Below, piece by piece: positions 37,647-48,131 of a stretch of DNA of 64,000 bases; the stretch's first letter is position 1; every line of letters begins with the position of its first letter. Position numbers and translations under genes: made by a program. The notes below the pieces were generated by a model, which saw only the letters and a list, made by a program, of their open reading frames with translations, ran no database searches and had not been told where the DNA came from. This DNA comes from Spirochaetota bacterium (GTDB taxonomy: Bacteria > Spirochaetota > UBA4802 > JAGODF01). The stretch is taken from assembly GCA_026419015.1 (NCBI GenBank), contig JAOAAF010000001.1, forward strand, positions 28,283 through 92,282, given 5' to 3'.

Positions 37647-38432
37647 CTATTTGCCTTTAAAATTTGCTTCACGCCGCTCAAGAAATGACATCAATCCTTC
37701 TCGCGCATCTTCGCTTTGCATAATTGGCAAAAGGTCTTGCATTAGCTTAGAAAGCGATGCGCGCGCCCCATCAATGCGGGATATCCGTGCAGAGCGCAAT
37801 GCGGCCATTACACCAAGGGGTGCTGCCTTCGCGATGCGTTCGGCGATTTCGATTGCTTTTTCAAGCTCTTTGCCCGGTTCAGTGAGTTCCTGTACCAATC
37901 CAAGGCGATATGCTTCTTCGCCGCTCATTTCATCGCCGGTAAGAAGGTATCGCATAGCATTTCCCCAGCCGATTTCCTCAAACAGGCGTACAGTTCCTCC
38001 CCCAACGGGATATATTCCGCGCTTTACTTCTAAGAGCGCAATTCTTGCATCGGTTGCTGCTATTCGTACGTCCTGAGCAAGAAGCAGTTCAAACCCAATC
38101 GTATAACAGCGCCCGCGTATTGCCATTACGACTGGCTTTTTGCAGCGATTGTCTTCGTCTAATCCAAGGGGGTGAATGAGGCCAGAAGGCAATTCCCACT
38201 TTCCTGAGGTAAAGACGCCTGCCCATTTGTCGAGTTCAAGCCCTGAAGTAAAATGTTCGCCGTGAGCAAAAAGTACCCCACAGCGCAGTTCTGGATCATT
38301 ATGGAGATGAGTATACGCGCGAGCAAGCTCTTCGTACATTTCGAGATCAAAGGCATTGCGTTTGTGTGGGCGATTTAACCCCATGAGCAACAGATGTCCA
38401 CGAGTTTCAACGGTAATTCTGGTATATTCCAT
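37647..38432 (-). CDS. Crotonase/enoyl-CoA hydratase family protein
   Basis: LNRPHKRNAF, FTSGLEL, KPVVMA, EVKRGIYP, SEDAREG. Confidence 0.93.
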   Translation of the reverse strand: MEYTRITVETRGHLLLMGLNRPHKRNAFDLEMYEELARAYTHLHNDPELRCGVLFAHGEHFTSGLELDKWAGVFTSGKWELPSGLIHPLGLDEDNRCKKPVVMAIRGRCYTIGFELLLAQDVRIAATDARIALLEVKRGIYPVGGGTVRLFEEIGWGNAMRYLLTGDEMSGEEAYRLGLVQELTEPGKELEKAIEIAERIAKAAPLGVMAALRSARISRIDGARASLSKLMQDLLPIMQSEDAREGLMSFLERREANFKGK

Positions 38433-38568
38433 GAAACGCTCCTCATGATTTTTTAAATTTTACAATTTGTTAACGAACAATAGCAACAGATGTTCGTTGT
38501 GAGAAAATGATATCAAAACTATATGCGAAAACCAGATAATGTGGTGCGTTCGCACATTTGTCCGTCGT

Positions 38569-40047
38569 TTAAAATTGAGCGCTGGTTGAAACGCTTACGT
38601 TGGTAATTGTTTCTTCATCGCCTTTAATTTTACCATCGCCGTTTTTGTCTTCAAAGGTTACAAGATATTTGATATCAACGCTTACCCCTTCGGCTAACCC
38701 TACACCTACCACTGCACTCATTACGGTGCTTTCTGTTTTCCATTCGAAATTTTCCACGTTATTTTGTGCGTAATATGCTTTTGCCTTCGAAATGAATGGG
38801 ATTACTTTTTGATTCAAGGAAAGCTCGCCACGAATTGATTTGTCATTAATCTCTCCCCATTTCATATCCTGGTACTCGATGCGACCGACGATGATATTCC
38901 ATAAATTCAGCTTTAATCCAGCTAAACATCCTTTTGCCGCACGCGATGTTGATAGCTGTTCTTTTTTTGTCGTAATGATCAGATTTCCAGAGCCATCGTC
39001 AATGTACTTCGCCCGTTGGAGATCGTAGGTATCGTTGAAGTAGCTAAAAATGAATTCATCCGATTGTTGGCGAAAATCCCCATAGACTTCCACAATCGAT
39101 GCAATGTTCAGTTTGATCCCCGGTGCGGTGTACCCCCATCCGTTGGTCTGAAAATTTTGCGCGAATTGGGCATAAATGTCGAATTTAAGGGATTGGAAAT
39201 CGAAAAGCGAAATCCCCGCATCGGTTGACCAAAAACCGACTTTCGAGCGGATTTCCTTAATGTTTTGCAACTCGTTTCTTTCGAGTGGAGAAAGTAGCCC
39301 CGCTGCAATGAGCTCATTTATTGCGCTTTCGCTAATCCCTTTACCGCGATAGTAGTCGATATCGGTTACGTATTTGTCATTTTCGGGATATCGGTCGATT
39401 TCGTCTGGAAACCCATCATCGTCGGTATCGTGGAGGCCATTGTATTCGTTGAGATCCCCTGCAATTGATGCACCAATCTGAAATTGCGCAAAAGGTTTTA
39501 AAAAAATTCTTCCACCTCCCATAAATCCGCGCCGTTCATTTGCAAGCTCTTTCAAATTGTTAATAATAAATTCACCACCCCACCGTTCGCCGTTTATGCC
39601 CATTTCAAATCCTTGGCGTTTATAGGTAGGATATTCGAGCATGTTGGTATATCCGTTGATTAAAATGCCATACCCGAGAGTAGACCAATCCAAACCTCCA
39701 TATCGAAAGTAAAGCGGTTCGCCTTTGTGTCCAAAACGCACATAGTATATTTTGTCGACATAATCGAGCCAGTCGTTCCAATCCTCTTTTCTTACTTTCC
39801 CTTCATCATCCAAAAGCACATATATGTCGAATCCAATTCCAATTTTCCAAAGTTTAAGTTCGGGGCGAATTCCAATTTGTTGGTAGTTTTTCTCATTTAT
39901 GGAGATAGCTCCAAACACTGCGCCCATTCCGACATCGAACATGTCTGGGGTGTCGGATTGTGGTTGATCCAATTTTGGAAGTGTTTCCTGTGCAAGCGCA
40001 CTTGCCGCATACAGTATCACGAGCATAAGCGAAAGTGTATATTTCAT
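38569..40047 (-). CDS. Exported protein, probable beta-barrel with Asp-rich Ca-binding loops
   Basis: Signal peptide ending ALA; DTDDDGFPDEID and DKNGDGKI motifs; amphipathic strands; terminal Phe. Confidence 0.55.
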   Translation of the reverse strand: MKYTLSLMLVILYAASALAQETLPKLDQPQSDTPDMFDVGMGAVFGAISINEKNYQQIGIRPELKLWKIGIGFDIYVLLDDEGKVRKEDWNDWLDYVDKIYYVRFGHKGEPLYFRYGGLDWSTLGYGILINGYTNMLEYPTYKRQGFEMGINGERWGGEFIINNLKELANERRGFMGGGRIFLKPFAQFQIGASIAGDLNEYNGLHDTDDDGFPDEIDRYPENDKYVTDIDYYRGKGISESAINELIAAGLLSPLERNELQNIKEIRSKVGFWSTDAGISLFDFQSLKFDIYAQFAQNFQTNGWGYTAPGIKLNIASIVEVYGDFRQQSDEFIFSYFNDTYDLQRAKYIDDGSGNLIITTKKEQLSTSRAAKGCLAGLKLNLWNIIVGRIEYQDMKWGEINDKSIRGELSLNQKVIPFISKAKAYYAQNNVENFEWKTESTVMSAVVGVGLAEGVSVDIKYLVTFEDKNGDGKIKGDEETITNVSVSTSAQF

Positions 40048-40221
40048 CGAAAACCCCCTCAACAAGTTGAGAAATTTTAAAACATGAATATTCATTATGC
40101 AGGCTGGTAATTTTCAAGACAAATTTGTTTTTCGCACCAAAATATTGTTGATATGGATTTTATGTTGACGAATTTGAGCGATTGTGATCAAATACAAGTT
40201 AATGGAGGAGGATTGGCTGTG

Positions 40222-42270
40222 ATGGGCAATAAACGACCAAGATTGCACTATTTGTTTTATTATTGTTTTGCGATATTTGCAAGTTGCACGGGAGTTCAGG
40301 AAAAAGAAACGCAAACAATCGATCTTTCAACAGGGTGGTATTATGCTGTAGGCGAGGTGAGCGATACGCCGACTGATGCAATGCAACGCAATTATTTACC
40401 CATTCGCGAGCTTTTGCATGTTGAAAAGCTGCATCCACAAGAAGAAGGAGTCGTGTGGCTTAAAAAGGAATTCGTTGTACCTGCAATGTTTCTTGGTAAA
40501 CAGGTTTCGGTGATTCTCGGCACAATCAATCCTGCTGATGAAACCTATTTCAACGGGAAGTTAATTGGAAAAGGTGGAAGCATCCCTTCTGAAGGGAGGC
40601 AGTTTTTTAGCGAATGGAATAGATATCGAAAATACGATATTCCGTCAGATTTTGTTGTGCGCGGGAAAAATGTCATCTTAGTAAAGCTATACGTGCACCA
40701 TGAAGGGCTCATCGAGGGAGTGTTGAAATTCGGTGAGCGAGATGCAATTGCGCGCGAATACGCAATTCACAAATTTATTCGCGAAGATATCAACGCTCTC
40801 ATTGCGTTTGTGATGCTCATCATAGGATTATATCACTTTTTAATTTTTGCCAAACGACCGAAAGATAAAGAGAATTTATACTATGCGCTCATCTCAGTCT
40901 TTTTTGCAATCTATCAGACAAATTTTTATGCATCGCACACGCCGTTTAATTTACAATATCGCATGTCGTATTTAACATTTCAGAAAATTATTTTTGTAAG
41001 TTTGTATGCAAGTGCGTATTTTTTTGTGTTATTTACCAATTCGTTTTTGGAAATAAAACTCCCGCGAATTGCCAATCTCACAATTTCCACTATTTTTGCA
41101 ATCAGCGCATTAGTTATTGTGCTCGTGAGGGATTACGGGTATTTTGTGTGGTTTTCAAAATCGCTCAATGCAATTGTGGTATTGCCCACCGTGCTTTATT
41201 GTTTTTCGTTGATTGCATATAAAGCGATTAAAGGAAATCGCATTGCGCGCATCACTCTTTTAGGATTAATTCCTTTCGCGCTATGCGTTATATTTGATGT
41301 GGTAGTACATAATATCTTAAAAAAGATCGGTTATATTTATCTTAGCGGCTTAGGCTTTCCAGCTTTTCTCATTTCAATTATGTTTATATTAGCAAACCGT
41401 TTTGTAGAATATCATAACGAGGTAGAAGAACTTAACATCACGCTCGATAGAAAAGTTGTGGAGCGAACGCGCGAATTGCAGGAAGCAAATGCCAAGCTTT
41501 CGGAAGCTTACGAAGCGATGAGCCGCGACATGAAGATGGCGGTGAGCGTTCAAGAGAGTTTTTTGCCACTAAAACCCCCACGCTTTCCAGGATGGGATGT
41601 AGCCTTATATTTTAAACCGATGTCGGGAGTTTCTGGGGATTTTTTTGATTTTTATGAGCGAAATGGCGAGCTGGTGGGCATCTCGATCTTTGACGTGTCG
41701 GGTCATGGTGTCGCATCTGGATTGCTTACGATGGTTGCAAAATCGATCATGTATAAAAATTTTCATCAAACGACCAATTCGCGGCTCGGTGCAATTGTGG
41801 AACGTGCAAACGACGATTTAATTGCAGAAATAGGCGATTCGGGATATTACATTAGCGGAATTGTTCTGCGAATAAACGATTCGATTGTGGAATATGTAAA
41901 TGCGGCGCATGTGGATTTGCTAATCAAACGCGGAGGCGGGGAGGCGAAGGTAGTGATGGAAGGCAAAAAAGAATTCAAAGGAAATTTCTTAGGCATCGAA
42001 GCGATGAAGGGAAGATTTGCTACCGTGCAGTTTAAAGTAAATTCTAACGATTCGCTGCTTTTGTGTACCGATGGTCTCGTCGAGTGTTGTAATGATGAAA
42101 AAAATCAATATGGAATCGAAAGGTTGCTTTCAGTCTTTGCAACTCTCCCGCACACATTATCTGCACAAGAAATGCTGGATTCCATAATGGAAGATTTTTA
42201 TACATTTGTTGGGCGGAAAGATGAATACCGAGATGACATCACCATCATAATTGCCAAACGCCTTTCGTAA
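40222..42270 (+). CDS. 7TM-DISM-type sensor with SpoIIE/PP2C phosphatase domain
   Basis: Sugar-binding-like N-domain (WLKKEF, DETYFNG), 7 TM, coiled coil, VSGDFFD, DVSGHG, TDGLVE, DDITI. Confidence 0.9.
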   Translation: MGNKRPRLHYLFYYCFAIFASCTGVQEKETQTIDLSTGWYYAVGEVSDTPTDAMQRNYLPIRELLHVEKLHPQEEGVVWLKKEFVVPAMFLGKQVSVILGTINPADETYFNGKLIGKGGSIPSEGRQFFSEWNRYRKYDIPSDFVVRGKNVILVKLYVHHEGLIEGVLKFGERDAIAREYAIHKFIREDINALIAFVMLIIGLYHFLIFAKRPKDKENLYYALISVFFAIYQTNFYASHTPFNLQYRMSYLTFQKIIFVSLYASAYFFVLFTNSFLEIKLPRIANLTISTIFAISALVIVLVRDYGYFVWFSKSLNAIVVLPTVLYCFSLIAYKAIKGNRIARITLLGLIPFALCVIFDVVVHNILKKIGYIYLSGLGFPAFLISIMFILANRFVEYHNEVEELNITLDRKVVERTRELQEANAKLSEAYEAMSRDMKMAVSVQESFLPLKPPRFPGWDVALYFKPMSGVSGDFFDFYERNGELVGISIFDVSGHGVASGLLTMVAKSIMYKNFHQTTNSRLGAIVERANDDLIAEIGDSGYYISGIVLRINDSIVEYVNAAHVDLLIKRGGGEAKVVMEGKKEFKGNFLGIEAMKGRFATVQFKVNSNDSLLLCTDGLVECCNDEKNQYGIERLLSVFATLPHTLSAQEMLDSIMEDFYTFVGRKDEYRDDITIIIAKRLS

Positions 42271-42354
42271 AATTTCAGCAAAAGTATTTTTTCACTTGCC
42301 GTACGTTTCACCCTGTGGGAGAATTCTTTTTGTTATCATCTCAGGGGGGATTGT

Positions 42355-43440
42355 ATGGGATTTTCATGCGGCATCATCGGACTGCCAAATGTGGGCAAAT
42401 CGACGATTTTCAATGCTCTTTCTGGTGCTCATGCGGCCATGGCAAATTATCCGTTCTGTACGATTGAGCCAAACAAAGCGGTTGTGCCAGTTCCCGATGA
42501 GCGACTTATAAAAATTTCTGAGCTTTTGAAAAAACAAAGCCCTATACCCACGCGCATTGAATTTATCGACGTCGCAGGGCTTGTGAAAGGCGCATCGAAA
42601 GGCGAAGGACTTGGCAATAAATTTTTGGGGAACATTCGCACAGTGGATGCGCTTGTGCATGTGGTGCGCTGCTTTCACCATCACGATGTGGTTCATGTGA
42701 TGGGTGAAATAAACCCCTTGCGCGATGTGGAAATAGTAAATACTGAACTCATGTTGGCCGACATTGAAGTGCTCGCTCGTGCGCGCGAGAAGGTTATAAA
42801 GCTTGCTCATTCAGGCGATAAATTGGCGCGCGCCAGGCTTGAGTTGATTGATCGCATGCTTTGCCATCTGAATGAAGGAAAAATGCTTCGCACTTTGCAT
42901 GTTTCGGAAGAAGAACATAGCCATTTTAAAGAATTTGGAATTATTACCGACAAACCATTGTTGTACTGCGCCAATGTTGGCGAAAATGGGGATGGTCTCC
43001 AAGAAGCGGCGATATTGGGAAAATGGGCAACACAGGAAGGCGCTGCATGCATTGTGCTTTCTGGAAAAATTGAAGAAGAAATATCTGAACTTCCCAATGA
43101 AGACAAAAATGAATTTTTGCGCACCATGGGAATAGAAGAATCGGGACTCAATAAATTGATAAAGGTTGCGTACAATCTATTAGATCTCATCACCTACTAT
43201 ACGACGACAACGGAGCTTCAGGCATGGACACTGAAAAAGGGAACACATGCCCAGAAGGCTGCTGGGAAAATTCATACAGATTTCGAGAAAGGATTTATTC
43301 GCGCTGAAGTCTATAACTTCACCGACCTTGTTGCATTAGGATCAGAGCATGCAATACGCGAGAAAGGCCTTTTGCGCAGCGAAGGGAGAGGATATATAAT
43401 TCAAGATGGCGATATCGTCCATTACCTTTTTAATGTGTGA
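42355..43440 (+). CDS. ychF: Redox-regulated ATPase YchF
   Basis: GLPNVGKST, NYPFCTIEPN, GASKGEGLGNKFL, IHTDFEKGFIRAE. Confidence 0.97.
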   Translation: MGFSCGIIGLPNVGKSTIFNALSGAHAAMANYPFCTIEPNKAVVPVPDERLIKISELLKKQSPIPTRIEFIDVAGLVKGASKGEGLGNKFLGNIRTVDALVHVVRCFHHHDVVHVMGEINPLRDVEIVNTELMLADIEVLARAREKVIKLAHSGDKLARARLELIDRMLCHLNEGKMLRTLHVSEEEHSHFKEFGIITDKPLLYCANVGENGDGLQEAAILGKWATQEGAACIVLSGKIEEEISELPNEDKNEFLRTMGIEESGLNKLIKVAYNLLDLITYYTTTTELQAWTLKKGTHAQKAAGKIHTDFEKGFIRAEVYNFTDLVALGSEHAIREKGLLRSEGRGYIIQDGDIVHYLFNV

Positions 43441-43486
43441 ACGATTGCGAGTAGTGAGAATTTTCATTTAAGGGAAAGAGCGCTCC

Positions 43487-46400
43487 ATGCCAAAGATAGC
43501 GTCGCGATTGTTATGGAAATTTTTTTCTATCCAGAGAAAGGAGTTGAGATTTGTTATCCCGCTATTTTTTTTATATCTCCTTTCTGGTTCTTTTTATGCG
43601 GTTGGGCAAATTTATACTGAAACGCTTTTTTTGAAAGCGTATGGTGCTCATGGGCTTTCGCGATTTTTTGTGTATAACGGTCTTGCACTCATCATTGCTG
43701 GCATCATGTACAATTATGTGCTTTTGCGAGTTTCGCTCCAACGAGGATATCTCTTTCTCATTGCGCTATTTAGCGCGTTGATATATATTTCGCAATACAT
43801 CTCGTTTGAATCTCACCCGAAAGTGCCATTTTATTTATATCTTGGAAACTATCTTTTTACTTTTTATTTAGACGTGCACTATTTTAATTATTCATCCCAA
43901 TTCCTTTCGATCCAAAGCGCGAAGCGATTGCTTCCGCTTCTTATGGGTGGTGGAAAATTAGGTGGGATCATTGCAAGTTTTTTTCTGATTGCACTTTTTG
44001 GTCAGGATGTCGTTTTCTTTGGGAGTACGTGGTGGTTTCTCAATGGAGTTCTTCTCGTTTTTCCAATTTTGTGGATAGGAGCGCTGTATCAAGGGCGGGA
44101 GAGGAAATTTTCTCTTGAAAAAAATGAACTTTTACCCGATGTGCATCTCTTTGAAAAGATTATAAAGCGAATAGAACTTTCTTTTTCAGCGCCAATTTTT
44201 TATGTTTCGATCCTTGTCGTTTTTGTAATGGCACTCGTCAATACCGTCGCCGAATACCACTTTGCCGCAATATTCAATCGAGTGTTCACCTCAAAAAATG
44301 ATCTTGCCTTATTTCTCTCAATGTACACGTTCATTGCAGATCTCGTAACCTTATTCATTCAGCTGTTCATTGCATCGAGGCTCATTCGATTTCTGGGAGT
44401 AAAAAAATCAAATTACATTTATCCCACTGCATTTCTTGCTTTTTTTGCGTATATGATTGTATATCCAGGGTTGCTCGCAGGAATATTGCTTCGATTTTTC
44501 CGAAAAAGCATGAGCGTGATCTTTCGACAACCCGTGTTTAACATTATCTTCGCAGCTTCACCGCGACACCGCATGGCAGAAATGAAGTCGTTCATCAGCG
44601 GGATCATTTTGCCGGCGGGGATGATTGCAGGTGGTGGAATGATCCTGATAATCTACAAAAAGCTTTCAACGATTGAAGGGTATATCTTCACAGGTTTGCT
44701 CGCTCTCGCGTATGTCGCGCTTACCGCATTGCAAAATCGTGCATATGTGTTGTCGCTGAAAAAACAGCTTTTTTTTGATACTGCAACAAAGGTCGAAATC
44801 CCAACGATGATCGATTATACCGATTTTCAAAAAGATGTGAGGAATGTGGACATCAACCTCGTGATTTTGGAAGCAATATTTCGCGCTTCGCCCAATGCTG
44901 AGTTGTTATCCATTCTGGAACCACATTTTTCGAAGCTTGGAATTGAGGCGAAAGAAAAAATGCTCGAATTTACGGCGTTCGCACACACGCAATTTCGCGA
45001 AAAAATTATACGAAGTGCAGTTTGCAGCAAAGAACCACAAGTGCGCGCGCTGGCACTTCGCGCAATTCGCAACTATCCGTATGCAAAGCGCGTGGAACTT
45101 TTACAAGGATATCCCTCCGATCGACTTGAGTCGGAACAATTGGCGCTTGAAATTTTATTGGTCGATGAACGCCAAGCTCACGGCGATAGCGATATTGAAG
45201 CGTCTTCGTTTGCGATATCGCTCCTTTCTGGAAACGGTAAACCCGGGAAAAAGCCTGCTGTTGATTCGCGCATCGCTTTTCTAAAATCAAAAATTATACA
45301 AGGTTTTGCTGATCCAATTGAATTTTACGTGCTTGCGCAGGTAGTTGAATCTTCCCCATTTGCTCATATGCTTGCGGAGTTGGCATTATCAACAAAAGAT
45401 GTGCGATTGTTTAAAGCTCTCGTTGCACACGCGCATTTTTTGCCAAGAAAAATTGCTCGCAAGCTAATGTGTGCGTTTGCTCATGTGCCGTTTCGGCTGC
45501 TTTCAAACTTCATTGCGCTTTCCACTTTTTTAAAAGATGTCGATAGAGCGATGTTGTTAAATCGTCGCTATAATTTTACCTTGGAAGAAATTGAGGAGGT
45601 GTATGCAAATGGAGATTTTTTTCTGCGTGCGGTCATAAAACGTATTTTTCGAAAGTACGATTACGCGAGGTTGTCGAATTACTTTAAGTATTTGATAAGT
45701 ACCGGCGTAAGGGTCAACGAGGAAATGTTTCAGTTTATTGCCCATCAGAACAGACTGGTAGGAAATTCGTTGCTTTTACGAAGGCTTATTCGCAGTAAAA
45801 GTTTTGCAAATAAAGCGGATGCCCTTTGTGCGGACTTTTTAAATTTTGTATTGAAAAGAGAAGTAGAACTGCGAAAGCACCTTATTCTCAAAGCGGTGAG
45901 CGTGGTGACTGGTACGGAAATAGATTACGCATATGAGTCGAGTATTTTTCTTAAAGATGGCGAGATAACTGAATATATTAGGGAATTTATGGAAGCGATG
46001 GGGAAAGTTTTTAAAGATTCAGTTTACATTTTTGAAGAAGAGGTGCTTGAGGTGCAATCGCGAATTCCAGTTATGGTATCGGAATGTCCCTTTGATGTTG
46101 GAGAAGCTTTGCTTCGTACATGTGAAATTTTACCAGGAATGAAAGAAATTGTTGGATTTGCAAGCGCACGCGTTATACGGTATTTTGAGTGCAGAGCGGA
46201 TATCGAAGATCGTTTTCGAAAATATTTGAAAATGGAGGAACACAAAATGTTAAATGTGCTGGGAAAAATAATTTTTTTAAAAGGCAATGATCTTTTTTGC
46301 GATATTGGCATCGATGAACTTGTGAGAATTGCGCATATCGCAAAGGAAATAGAATTTCCAGCAGGGAAAGTCTTTATTCGGGAAAACGATATAGGGGAGG

Positions 46401-46663
46401 ATCTTTATATTATCATTGAAGGCGAAGTCGATGTGATTAAAGGGAAGAAGGTGATTGAAACTTTATCGGATGGCAGTTGCATTGGAGAACTTTCAATTAT
46501 CGATAGAGAACCACGAAGCGCATCGGTAAAAACAAAAAAGCGAACCCGGTTTTTAATGATTAACCGGAAGGATTTTCTTTTAACGGTGAAGGAAAATCCG
46601 GAAATTGCTATTGGTGTGATGAAAATCATTGCACAGCGGTTTAGGAGAGTTATAGCGAAGTGA
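43487..46663 (+). CDS. NTT/TLC-like MFS transporter fused to HEAT-like region and cNMP-binding domain
   Basis: About 12 TM (ETLFL, SAKRLLPLL..GG.LGGI, KSFISG); EPQVRALALRAI HEAT-like segment; GEL...PRSA cNMP pocket. Confidence 0.82.
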   Translation: MPKIASRLLWKFFSIQRKELRFVIPLFFLYLLSGSFYAVGQIYTETLFLKAYGAHGLSRFFVYNGLALIIAGIMYNYVLLRVSLQRGYLFLIALFSALIYISQYISFESHPKVPFYLYLGNYLFTFYLDVHYFNYSSQFLSIQSAKRLLPLLMGGGKLGGIIASFFLIALFGQDVVFFGSTWWFLNGVLLVFPILWIGALYQGRERKFSLEKNELLPDVHLFEKIIKRIELSFSAPIFYVSILVVFVMALVNTVAEYHFAAIFNRVFTSKNDLALFLSMYTFIADLVTLFIQLFIASRLIRFLGVKKSNYIYPTAFLAFFAYMIVYPGLLAGILLRFFRKSMSVIFRQPVFNIIFAASPRHRMAEMKSFISGIILPAGMIAGGGMILIIYKKLSTIEGYIFTGLLALAYVALTALQNRAYVLSLKKQLFFDTATKVEIPTMIDYTDFQKDVRNVDINLVILEAIFRASPNAELLSILEPHFSKLGIEAKEKMLEFTAFAHTQFREKIIRSAVCSKEPQVRALALRAIRNYPYAKRVELLQGYPSDRLESEQLALEILLVDERQAHGDSDIEASSFAISLLSGNGKPGKKPAVDSRIAFLKSKIIQGFADPIEFYVLAQVVESSPFAHMLAELALSTKDVRLFKALVAHAHFLPRKIARKLMCAFAHVPFRLLSNFIALSTFLKDVDRAMLLNRRYNFTLEEIEEVYANGDFFLRAVIKRIFRKYDYARLSNYFKYLISTGVRVNEEMFQFIAHQNRLVGNSLLLRRLIRSKSFANKADALCADFLNFVLKREVELRKHLILKAVSVVTGTEIDYAYESSIFLKDGEITEYIREFMEAMGKVFKDSVYIFEEEVLEVQSRIPVMVSECPFDVGEALLRTCEILPGMKEIVGFASARVIRYFECRADIEDRFRKYLKMEEHKMLNVLGKIIFLKGNDLFCDIGIDELVRIAHIAKEIEFPAGKVFIRENDIGEDLYIIIEGEVDVIKGKKVIETLSDGSCIGELSIIDREPRSASVKTKKRTRFLMINRKDFLLTVKENPEIAIGVMKIIAQRFRRVIAK

Positions 46664-48066
46664 GAAAAGTGCGAAAAGGAAAAATTATTTTCGCAATATG
46701 TTCGGCAATATGCGCCATGTGCTTAGCGAAAAGCTTTGGGGTTGAAAACGGCGTTGAACAAAAATCGCAAGAACGTTTGATTGAAAAAAATAGTGAAATT
46801 AAAGATCCACGCGACAAAAGTGTGGACGAATTGCTCAAAGAACACATTGCGCGAGAGCGAAAAAAGGCGCGCTTTTCCGATAAAATTACTCCTGAAGAGC
46901 TAATGAGCTATTTGATAAAGAGAAAATGGTATAACGAACACGCATTTGTTGAAATGGAAGAGGCAACGTTGCGGAAAAAAGAAACCACTCGCCATGGCGA
47001 TGCTGACCTTTCGCAAATTAAAGAGAGCGCGCGCGCTGATATAAATAACATTGCAGTGATATTAGGAGAAATTCCTGCCAGTGGTCAAAAAGGAGTATTT
47101 GCACCTGTGTTTCTTTTAGATCGCAAAGGGGTTCTCTTTGGCAGTAGCGATTTTTCATTGAGTTGGGCAGGTTTAAAAGCAACCATGAAGCTTTCCCAGA
47201 AAAAATTTCCATGGGAAAAAACTACCCTCGAAGAGACATTTATTGGATCATTTTTATACGCTAGCGGTACCAACTTGGGTTTTATTAGTAGTGAATTTGG
47301 CGAAAATACAAAATTTTATACGAATTATATTTCAGAAATTGTGACGCTGAAATATAATTTTATTAAAAATTTCAATGTGTGCGTTTCGCTCGATTCGCGG
47401 CAGTATTTTTTTGTGAAAAAAACTGTCCCCGAAAATTTTGTTATGCCCCTTAATCATTTTAATGTATTTCCGCGGGTGGATGTGAATTTTTCCGATCTCA
47501 CAGAAAAGGGAATTGATCAAATCACCCATGGCGTTGGCATTTTTTCTTGGATTGGATATGGAGTGCGCAATAGGTGGGAAAAATGGGGAACACCGCCAAA
47601 CTACGAGATGGGAGAAGAAGCGAGAACATTTGTCATTTACTCATTTACCTTTATTGCGGGATATGCGAAGGATGATGATCACAATGTCGTAGGGCGCGTT
47701 CGCTATAAAGGAGGAAAGGACAACGATTTTTTAACAAGGCCGCGGTTTGGGGGGACAATCGACAATGCTCGCCTCGATGTTGTCCATGGATTTACTGTCG
47801 ATTCGTTTCGCGTCGATGCATTTTTTCTTGTGAATACATATTATGGATTTAATCTCACAAAGCGATTGCGCCTCACGCTGTATGTAGATGGGGCGCATAT
47901 GTTTGGAGAACAGAAAGGCGATGTAGGAGGAGTGGGCATTGGTCTTCGAGTCCTTGCATGGGGTGGTCTTCCGGTGTGGTTTACATATGGTATTGGAGCT
48001 CATTTGCAACCAGAACTGAGAGGACCAGAACAGGTTGTGATGCTCATGAGCGCCGCTGGGTGGTAA
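46660..48066 (+). CDS. Exported protein, probable Omp85/TpsB-like beta-barrel
   Basis: Signal peptide; VVHGF, LYVDGA and GVGIGLR resemble Omp85 C-terminal motifs; terminal Trp; GTGA overlap with the upstream stop. Confidence 0.5.
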   Translation: MRKVRKGKIIFAICSAICAMCLAKSFGVENGVEQKSQERLIEKNSEIKDPRDKSVDELLKEHIARERKKARFSDKITPEELMSYLIKRKWYNEHAFVEMEEATLRKKETTRHGDADLSQIKESARADINNIAVILGEIPASGQKGVFAPVFLLDRKGVLFGSSDFSLSWAGLKATMKLSQKKFPWEKTTLEETFIGSFLYASGTNLGFISSEFGENTKFYTNYISEIVTLKYNFIKNFNVCVSLDSRQYFFVKKTVPENFVMPLNHFNVFPRVDVNFSDLTEKGIDQITHGVGIFSWIGYGVRNRWEKWGTPPNYEMGEEARTFVIYSFTFIAGYAKDDDHNVVGRVRYKGGKDNDFLTRPRFGGTIDNARLDVVHGFTVDSFRVDAFFLVNTYYGFNLTKRLRLTLYVDGAHMFGEQKGDVGGVGIGLRVLAWGGLPVWFTYGIGAHLQPELRGPEQVVMLMSAAGW

Positions 48067-48131
48067 AAAACGCTTGACGTGTGGTATTGTAAGAACTCAT
48101 AACTCATTAAAACTAACCAGTTGGTGATGCC

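Noticed and set aside
38472..38498. AACGAACA-N11-TGTTCGTT as a LexA box
   Set aside because: Spacing does not fit GAAC-N4-GTTC and the downstream gene is a crotonase; may be another operator or chance
48067..48131. FMN riboswitch upstream of ribH
   Set aside because: The gap is only 65 nt and lacks RFN consensus
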